Shown one piece after another: positions 55,270-64,000 of a DNA stretch of 64,000 nucleotides (position 1 is its first letter; each line of letters opens with the position of its first letter). Origin of the DNA: Monocercomonoides exilis PA203 (taxonomy: Eukaryota; Protista; Preaxostyla). Below the pieces are notes generated by a model. The model saw nothing but the letters and a program-made list of their open reading frames with translations, ran no database searches and was not told the DNA's origin. A program made the position numbers and the translations under genes. The DNA is taken from the NCBI GenBank assembly GCA_001643675.2, contig LSRY02000015.1:682001-746000 (forward strand). Direction: 5' to 3'.

Positions 55270-57466
55270 CCATGGGTGCTTAACCCGCACCCCGGTGCCA
55301 AACCCGCACCCTGCAAATTTCTTGAAAATAAAGATATTTATTTTTGCTTATCACAGTTGTTCATTGATAGTGAATTTGATTGAAACTTATTCAAAAAAAT
55401 ATAACATTTTATTTTTTTATGAAAAGACTTTCAAAAAATTGGATTTATAATATTTTTATTTGGAAAAGAACTTTATCTATATTTACTGAAAAAGAAAAAA
55501 AGAAGAGTTCAAAAAATATGTGCATGCTTGTTTGTTAATGTATTTTCAAATATCTTTATTAGTTTTTTGGATTTGAATTATTCAGCAACAAATTTCACTT
55601 TTTATTTTATTGATCAATTCCATTAAAATGTGAAAAACGAATCGAAAGTTCAGTTGCTGCATTGATAGAGGTTTGTGAAAATTGTTTAAATATGTTTCTA
55701 TTTAAGTTTTGTATTTTTGATATTATTGCTAATTATTTTGTTCTATAACTCATCTGTTTTTTAATTTGAATTATTCAACCAAGTTATTCATTTATTAATT
55801 TGTTTTGAATATTTTAAATTTGATAAATTGTTTCCATGGTTTAATTGTTATAACATATTTATTGTTGATGTTGGTCAAGTTCTAATATTTTTCTTTTGTG
55901 AGTTTTGGTGATACTGATTTTTTTGACGATTATTTTAGTTATTTTATTGTTTTCAAAATTGTTATTTACGTTCTGCGTATTAATGTTGTTGAACATTTGA
56001 ATGTTTTATTCACTTGTCACAAACATGTCAGATTTGCAAATTATGAGCTTTTTGTTTTTATTGATATTTTCTTAAAAAAACTGTTGTTTTCAAAATAGCT
56101 ATTTTTTTACAATGATTGTGATGGAATTCATTTAATCTTTGATTTTGTATTCATTCTATCACCAAGTTATATTTAACCTGAACTGTCGTATTCAAAATGA
56201 TAATCACACTGAAAAAATGATATTGCTTTTTTCACTAAGGATGATAATGGAAAAAATATTTAATTATCAGAAAAATAAATTAGACATTCATCGATATAAC
56301 TTTGAAAATGTGAAAAAATTTCCAAAATGTTATAAAAAAAGTTCAATATGAAAATTAGCTCACAATTTTCATGAAAATACGTTCATCCTTGACAACAAAT
56401 ATTTTTTGCAAATTATTATTTAAGAATAAAAAATAAAAAATTGTTTCAAGAAATTTGAATGATATGATTGGACTGTCTTTGCTTATCAAAAGCAAAAATT
56501 TGCAAAAAAAATGAATTGAAAAGAGCTCTGAAATACAAGTGAAATGAGAAGAAAAGTATATGAACTGACAAATGAAAATATGTTTAATAAATAAAATAAC
56601 AATTTTCAAATGAAAAATCTGCATTCATGACAATTCAGTCACATTCAATTGCATGATCACAAATTTTTAATGAAATTTAAAATTTGGAAAACACATGCAA
56701 TTTGATATTATTCACATGATAAATACTTTCAACAAGCCAATGATAACAAGAAATTTTGATGATAATATTGAAAGTTGCAAAATGTTTCCTGATCAGTGAA
56801 AAACAACAATTCAAAATTTGATTTCAAAAACAAAAAAATAATAAAGTGAATAAAAATAAAAGTGTTTGAAAATTATGAAAATAATTATCTTCATTAAAAA
56901 AAGTTAAAAAATAAAACATAAATCATTTTTATCATCAATCAAATATAAATGAAACACAAATCAACCAAAGATATCGTATACATCGATAATAACATTAAAC
57001 ATTCAAGATTTTAAATAATAAAAGCAAGTTTTCATTGAAAAACATTTGAAACAATTTTCACAAACCTCTATCAATGCAGCAACTGAACTTTCGATTCGTT
57101 TTTCACATTTTAATGGAATTGATCAATAAAATAAAAAGTGAAATTTGTTGCTGAATAATTCAAATCCAAAAAACTAATAAAGATATTTGAAAATACATTA
57201 ACAAACAAGCATGCACATATTTTTTGAACTCTTCTTTTTTTCTTTTTCAGTAAATATAGATAAAGTTCTTTTCCAAATAAAAATATTATAAATCCAATTT
57301 TTTGAAAGTCTTTTCATAAAAAAATAAAATGTTATATTTTTTTGAATAAGTTTCAATCAAATTCACTATCAATGAACAACTGTGATAAGCAAAAATAAAT
57401 ATCTTTATTTTCAAGAAATTTGCAGGGTGCGGGTTTGGCACCGGGGTGCGGGTTAAGCACCCATGG
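55270..57466. mobile_element. 2.2-kb non-autonomous element with 418-bp TIRs, TA(ATTA) flanks; Tc1/mariner-like by target site
   Basis: TA|CCATGGGTGCTTAACCCGCACCCCGG ... CCGGGGTGCGGGTTAAGCACCCATGG|TA. Arms 55270-55687 and 57049-57466. AT-rich interior with no long ORF. Confidence 0.85.
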
Positions 57467-58026
57467 TAATTAAAAAAAAAAAAATTAAGATAAATAAAAA
57501 TGAAAATGAATGAATATCAATAAATAAATAAATTGATAAATTGACGAAAAAATAAAAAAAATTAAATAAAAAAACACTTCAAGGAACAAAGGGTTCATTA
57601 ACATATCTTCTCTGTTATATCAGAAATATATAGATAAACACAAAATCATTGATAATAGTGGTAAATTTTGTGTTTGTTGATAATTTTCTTTAGTGATTTT
57701 AAATGTGATTAAAAAATATCACACAAAATATTAATCTCTATTCTGTTTGATAATATGAATATTTTCAATAGCATGCATATATTTATTCGAATATCATTAA
57801 ATATTTTGAAACATATAATTTCTTCAAAAAACTGCATTTCATCACTTAACAATCTGATATTCAAATATGCCTCTATTGTATTTCATTTCACAGTTATTTA
57901 AAATCATTCTATCACTGAATTTATAATAAAAAAAATAAGTTATCCAACAATTGCGAATTTTTCTTTCAAGAAAATTTTTTATTTATACAACGATCTGATA
58001 GTTTTTTAAAAGAGCAGTAACTCAAC

Positions 58027-58718
58027 ATGTCAGAAATAAATATTGACGACGAACTTGCTGCTTTACCTATATTTTATCCTGGATACAAAAAAATTGAGGG
58101 AGACGAAAAATACAAAACTGTGGAGGTGTTCAACAAAGTCGTTGATATAACATATAAAATAACGCTTCATATTGAAAAATATCCAAAAGAACCTGCATTG
58201 CATGCTCATTTTTTGCTTTATTTTATTTGATTTGTTGTTTGCTAGGGTATCAATTTCAGATTACTCGAATGTCACAAGACCAACTGTTTTAAAAATTGAA
58301 GCTGATGCAAATAAATTCTCGCAAAGTCATCCAGGAGAATTAATAATGATTGAACTTCTTGATGTATTTTTATAATTTTTTAAAACAATCAAACAGATAT
58401 TTTTACTCTTTCATCTAATTTTCTCAGGAAGTTCAAACTGCTTTTAGAGAAGTTGACCCGGGAAAAGAAAAGGCATGCGGACCTGAACAATGCCCAACAT
58501 GCATTGCAAAGGATTCTTGCACACAAGATATTTTAGATAGCGTAACAGATGAAGACATTGAAGCTGTTCCACAACCTTCTTTTATTACTTCAGTTTCAAC
58601 ACAAAATAACATTTTAAGCAATGAAGAAGCATTGAAACCAAAGCAAAGCCTTGTAACATCCGGGCAGTTAAAGCCAGACACCAGTTTTGATCCAAAAAAA
58701 GGCATGGACATCTTTTAA
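58027..58718 (+). CDS. RWD-domain-containing protein (exons 58027-58199, 58246-58363, 58428-58718)
   Basis: DDELAALPIFYP start, the KYPKEP (YPxxxP) motif, and a GELIMIELLDEVQ final helix typical of RWD. The predicted introns keep the frame to TAA at 58716-58718. Confidence 0.7.
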
Positions 58719-58894
58719 ATTTGAAATTTCATTTTTTTTCCCAATATATTCAGAATTATTTTAGAAACTCACGTCAGCTTTAGTTCTAAAATTATTATTT
58801 TGAAAAATTTCAACATTTCATGACATATCATTAAACAATCATTTTTCATGCTTTTAATTGAAATTATATTAAAGATCGTTATAAGATCATTTCT

Positions 58895-59854
58895 ATGGAG
58901 GAAAAGATTAGAAAGAAGTATAAAAAATACGCAAAAGACCGTTCAATTAGCACAAAAGAAGTTAAAAAGTGCGTTGAAAAAGTTGGAGGATCAATTACAG
59001 AAGCACAAGCTCAGCAGCTTTTGTTTCAAATGGCTGGGTCTGATCGTCGAATGACAGAAGATGAATTTACATATGGAATTATGAACTATGTACGCCCTGG
59101 ATCTGCGCCAGTCCTTGGAGGTGGACCGATGCCTTACGGAGCTCCTCCAATGTATGGCTCTTCAACTCCTTATGGCGCTCCAGCTCCTTATGGAGCACCG
59201 TCTCCATATGGAGCGCCACCTCCAGCTGCTCCATTTGATCCATTTCAAGCTCGGCAGCAACTTGTTTCATATTATGCTGGAGCTTGTTCCGATGGTGTTG
59301 TTGAAACAAAAGAAGTTCAAGCTGCAGTTACAATGTTTGGTGTTGTGTGCGATCCAGCAACTGCAACGTCTTTAATTCAACAAATTGCAGGTCCAGAAAG
59401 AAGAATTACTCAACAAAAATTCGTCGAAACAATTTTAGGATTTGTTTGCTCAAGAAAAGGTCTTCCTCCTCCACCTCCTCCAGGATATGGTGCACCACCA
59501 CCTCCTCCTGGTTATGGAATGCCTCCGCCTCCGCCTGGCTATGGAGGATATGCACCACCTGCGCCTGCTCCCTCTGGCTATGCACCACCTCCTGGTGCTA
59601 TTACCTATGGTCCTGGAGCTACATATCCAAATCAGACTGTTGCTGCAGGGCTTGCTTCATTTTATGCTCGTGCTGCTGCCGATGGAGCAATCGATTCAGG
59701 GGAAGTAATAAAAGCTTGCAATCAGTTTGGAGTTGGATGTGATCAAGCAGGTGCCGCTCAATTGTTATCGATTGTTGCTGCACCAGAAGGAAGAATCACA
59801 CAAGATAAATTTGTACATCATATTGGTGTATACGTTACAAGAAACATGAATTAA
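58895..59854 (+). CDS. Protein with three EF-hand-pair-like modules separated by Pro/Gly/Tyr-rich linkers
   Basis: 319-aa ORF. Three repeats of Y...D..I...EV......G......A..L....AG.E.RIT...F, with PPPGYG/PYGAP repeats between them. Confidence 0.75.
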   Translation: MEEKIRKKYKKYAKDRSISTKEVKKCVEKVGGSITEAQAQQLLFQMAGSDRRMTEDEFTYGIMNYVRPGSAPVLGGGPMPYGAPPMYGSSTPYGAPAPYGAPSPYGAPPPAAPFDPFQARQQLVSYYAGACSDGVVETKEVQAAVTMFGVVCDPATATSLIQQIAGPERRITQQKFVETILGFVCSRKGLPPPPPPGYGAPPPPPGYGMPPPPPGYGGYAPPAPAPSGYAPPPGAITYGPGATYPNQTVAAGLASFYARAAADGAIDSGEVIKACNQFGVGCDQAGAAQLLSIVAAPEGRITQDKFVHHIGVYVTRNMN

Positions 59855-60726
59855 TTTTTGGGTGGAGCGTTTTTATAAGAGAAGGATGAATACTTTTTGA
59901 ATCTTTAAATGTGGAAGCCATTGAAAGGTAGAGTTTTCGTACATAGCAATGAATGAGTGAATTTTAGCAGGAAATTACAAAAGATGATTTTTATTAAGTA
60001 TCTTTTCAAAGTTAATTTGAATTGTGTAAAAATGAAATAATCTATTTTTTTCTGTAACAATTTTATAATTTTTTTTCTTGAATACAAAAAACTATCATCA
60101 TTTTTAATTTTTTTGACTTTTCTTTTGTTAAATTTTCTGCTGTTATTCATTCATTTTTTCAAGACACAGAATTTTCTTGTTGCTTGCTTGTTTGAGTTTT
60201 TTATTGCTTGATTTGTATTTTTTTTAGACGTAACAGATTTGGATATTCAAAGTTTTTCTTGTAGATTGAAGCACATCAACTGTATCTACATGTTTTGAAT
60301 TATACATTAAATGATATTTCAGAAAATCAACAAAGAATTCTTATTAACAAAGTTTAAATCCTTTTAACAAATTTGTCAACTTATGCATTCAATTTTTTAA
60401 CGAGAATTGTGCAAATTATTTTGCAGCAGCCCTCCAGTCACAAAGATAAATTAGCAACTCGAATTTATTTCCCTCAAGTATTTATCATTCCCACTTTTTT
60501 ACCCCTATTCTGAAATATTTTCTAAGATTCAGATAAAACATATTTCACATTAAAATGATCCATTGGATATTCGTCTCTTTGAAAAGTTATCTTAAGGAGC
60601 ATCCAAAATAATCAATAGCATTATGAAATCAATTTTTTAAATATTAGTTTGTTCATGGACTTGCAAGAGAGAGAAGATTATTCCATTTCTTTCAAAAATG
60701 AATAAAATGGTTTCAAGATCTTAGAA

Positions 60727-63700
60727 ATGACAGAAGGAAAGCAAGTTCAAGGGATAAAAATTATCATCGATGCCATTCCCATGTTTAAGTTTAAAGAAAT
60801 TAAAACTTCTTGTGAAACAGTGAAAACTCTTGTTTCAAAGAAGGATTGCACGATTTGGTTGACAAATTATTAATGTTTTTTAAAATTTTTTATTATTGTA
60901 TTAAAAACAAAATTTTAACAGCAAAGCTGTCCACATTGAGCCTATAAAAATGTGCATTAACTCAAACAACGTTAAGCTCATTGAAGCAAGTCTTTCTTGC
61001 TTGAAGATATGGATCAGCTGTGGTTTTATCAGGGGAACATCCGCTGCCGGATATTATTCGAAAAAGAAAACAGCTTTGGATATTGTAATTGATCTTCTTG
61101 ATCAAGCAAATCATAAAAGCACACATCTTATTCCCATTTCGATTGTTGAGGTGTGTTTTGGAAATACATTTTGATATTTTATTACGTCAATAATTTTTCA
61201 GGTACTCGAAGCAATTTTTAATTCAAAATATTGCACGGTTCGAGAGGAGCGACTTACGACTGCACTTACAATATTTTTAGTTGCATACACAAATTGTGAA
61301 GAACCTGAACATCAAGATCATGCGTTAAACGCACTGAATAATTCCGTTCATAACGTTTTTATGAAATTGCAGGAGCAATACGAAAAACATGGAGCCATTC
61401 AAGGAGCAATTTTAAAAACATCGCATGTCAATAAATCTCAACGAGCAAGATTGAAGGCAAAACACGGTGCTGCTGCTCCGAAAGAGAATGACAAAGAAGA
61501 AAAAGACGAGGCAGAGAAAGGACTTGCCGCAGAACTCACAGATCAGGAGCTGCTGTTGCAGTTTATAGCGCAGCGCCAACCCCAGTTTCAGAGTCAGTTT
61601 CGACTTGAAACGCTTAAGAAAGGAACAAGCAAAGCCGAGCTGGAAGGAGCAGAAGGGGAGAATGGAGAAGGAGAGGGAGAAGGCGAAGAAGGCAACCGAA
61701 AAGAAGGAGGAGACGGACAAATTGAAGCGAATGGAGGAGGAGGAGGAGGAGGAGGAGATGATGACGATGATTGGAAGCTGCCTGTTGCCGAAGCCAAGCT
61801 GATCACTTTGGATGACGACGAAGAAAATGAGGCGGAAAGAAAAAGAGAGGAAGAGAAGAAGGAGAGAAGGAGGAAGAGGAGGGAAAGAAGAGAGAGGAAG
61901 CAGAGGGAAGCGCAGGGGGTTGAACAGGGAAGGGTTCCGTCGCCTTCTTTGAGCCCTGCATTGGATGAGTCGAGTGATGATGATGATGATGATGACCTTG
62001 ATGACGACAACGAAGATGATGAAGAAGAAGGCAAAATGAATGAAAAAGCGCAAGAAGCAGCAAAGACGGGAACAGAGACAGAAAAGGAAAAAGAAGCTGG
62101 AGAAGGGAAAGAAGGAGAAAGCAATCAAACATCCACAGCCTCACTCACTGTGCCTTCTTCTTCCTCCTCTTCTTCTTCACAAGCAGAAGGCGACGGAGCG
62201 GATGTTCCGTTCATTCCGTCCCGCAAGCCTTACATTGCCTCGTCTGCTTCCTCCTCTCTATTCACATCAACAGCTGCCTCATCTAACTCTTCCTCTTCTT
62301 CTTCTTCTTCTTCTTCTTCTCTTGCCCCGCTTGCCTCTGTCTCCCAACTCGCCCTCTCGCACTGCATCAACTCCGTAGTGAATGAGCACTTCAATCCAAG
62401 CAACGCTTTCCCCCACATCATGTCCTCGTTCCCTTACACCATCGATGCTCTTATCGATGCATGCAGGCTGCTGGAAGACCTGTGCAACATCGGCTCAGCA
62501 AGGCTGGAGGAGAACATAGGCATTTTGACGATATACGAGTCGCCACACATCAAGAGGCCTGGAGAAGGAGGGGAAAAAGAAGGAGGAGAGAAAGAAGGAG
62601 AGAAAGATAAAGATAAAGAGAAAGAGAAAGAAAAACCGGAAGACTCAACGGCGCGTGCTGCGTGCGACACGATGAAGCTTCTGTGCCTGTCTGCTGTGCA
62701 CAACCTGCTCTCCAAGTTTCCTCTTCTCTTCCGCTCGTTCCTCGACTTGACTCTGGCGGTGCAGCGGTGCGTGTGCCCGCTGGTGCTGGTGAACTTGAAA
62801 TATCCGCATCAGCACGCCTTCCGCTTCTCTGTCGCTATCACGACGCATCTGCTGACCATCACTGGGCTCAGATTTAAAAGAGAGATGGGAAAAGTGCTGA
62901 AGGTGCTTATTCAGATACTGAACACACAGCCGTTCCCGAAGAAGGAGGCGGATAAAAACAAAGAGAAGGAGAAGGAGAAAGATAAAGAGAAAGATAAGGA
63001 CAATCAGTCAGATCTTGTTCTTCCCAAGGGCCTGCAGCTTGAGGTTCTGCAGTCGTCCATTCTTGATCTGCTTCTCCCTGCGCTCAGAGACGGGAGCGTG
63101 ATGGCCAATATCTTCCTCACATTTGACTGCGACGCCTACGAAATGAACCTTTTGGAGCAGCTGCTGCACGCTGTGCGGAACTTGGCGGTGTGCGGGAGAG
63201 AGAGAGAAGTAGAAAGGGAGATTGAGAGAGAGGTGGAACTACAGAGGGACAGGGACAGGGACAGAGAGAGAGAAAAAGAGAAAGAGCAGCAAAGCAAGAC
63301 GGTTGATCAGATTGCGATGCATGCGATGAATGCGATTGTGATGGGGCTGACTGACTGGAGCGAGTCTTTGGGGAATCCAACTGTTGTGCCGGTGCTGCAG
63401 GACATGGCGATGGGGAATGCAAGCGGAAATGCAATTATCGCCTCTGCTTCTTCCACTTCTCTGGCTTCAGCTTCAAATGCTTCATCATCATCATCTTCTT
63501 CTACTGTGAATAACCAATCAACACAGAAGCAGTCAACAGGCTCAGCTAAGCCCATCCCGCCTCCCCCAACCACCACTTTCAACTCTTCTTTCCTCGCCAC
63601 TGCAGCCATCGACCCAATCATCACCCGCACAATCCGCCTGTTCAATGATTTTCCTTCGAATGGAGCACAACATCTGATTCATTTTGCACTGTGCCCGCCA

Positions 63701-64000
63701 ACACCTGAGGGAGTAGCGAATGCACTGTGGAGCTACTGCGAGCATAATGTGAAGACAGCCATGGATGAAGCAGCAAATAAATCATCATCATCAGAAGAAG
63801 AAGAAGGCAAAAAATTACCTCCATCCATCCCCTTCATCACGAAGCGAGCCTTAGGCAAGTATTTTGCTCAGCCTTGTGAGTTTGTGGTGTCTGTCCTTCG
63901 ATTCTTCCTGAACCATCTCCCGCTCACCACGCTCACGCCCGATGCAGCGGTGCAGCTGGCGTTTGGGTCGATCTTTTCTCTGATGGGCAGTGCGAATCGT
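60727..64000 (+). CDS. Sec7/BIG/GBF-family large ARF-GEF-like protein, N-terminal part (DCB + HUS); continues past the window end
   Basis: Introns at ~60858-60921 and 61151-61201. DCB-like NVKLIEASLSCL. HUS-like DACRLLEDLC, KLLCLSAVHNLL, RFKREM and ANIFLTFDCDAYEMNLLEQLL. The long last frame appears to run to the window end. The Sec7 domain itself is not seen. Confidence 0.75.

Overview
AT-rich, intron-containing eukaryotic DNA in the standard genetic code. The gene families resemble those of the oxymonad Monocercomonoides; this is an inference and no search was run. The window holds three paralogous ~2,500-aa single-pass membrane proteins with a beta-helix-like Cys/Gly ectodomain and a degenerate TKL/tyrosine-kinase-like tail. 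The three are mosaics of one another, and two of them form a ~6.6-kb inverted duplication centred on a foldback element. A decayed DIRS-type tyrosine-recombinase retrotransposon is split. Its 3' third (YR gene, ICR, right ITR) has been inverted between two opposite copies of a 2.3-kb gene-fragment-carrying DNA transposon, as shown by swapped 8-bp target-site duplications. A 409-bp MITE (24-bp TIRs, 8-bp TSD) carries telomere-like TTAGGG motifs and a tRNA-like Pol III unit. A transposon-dense zone at 49.4-57.5 kb has a Merlin/IS1595-like transposase pseudogene and three more TIR families. It is followed by ordinary genes: an RWD protein with a probable GC-AG intron, a Pro-rich pseudo-EF-hand protein, and a Sec7/BIG-like ARF-GEF that runs off the window.
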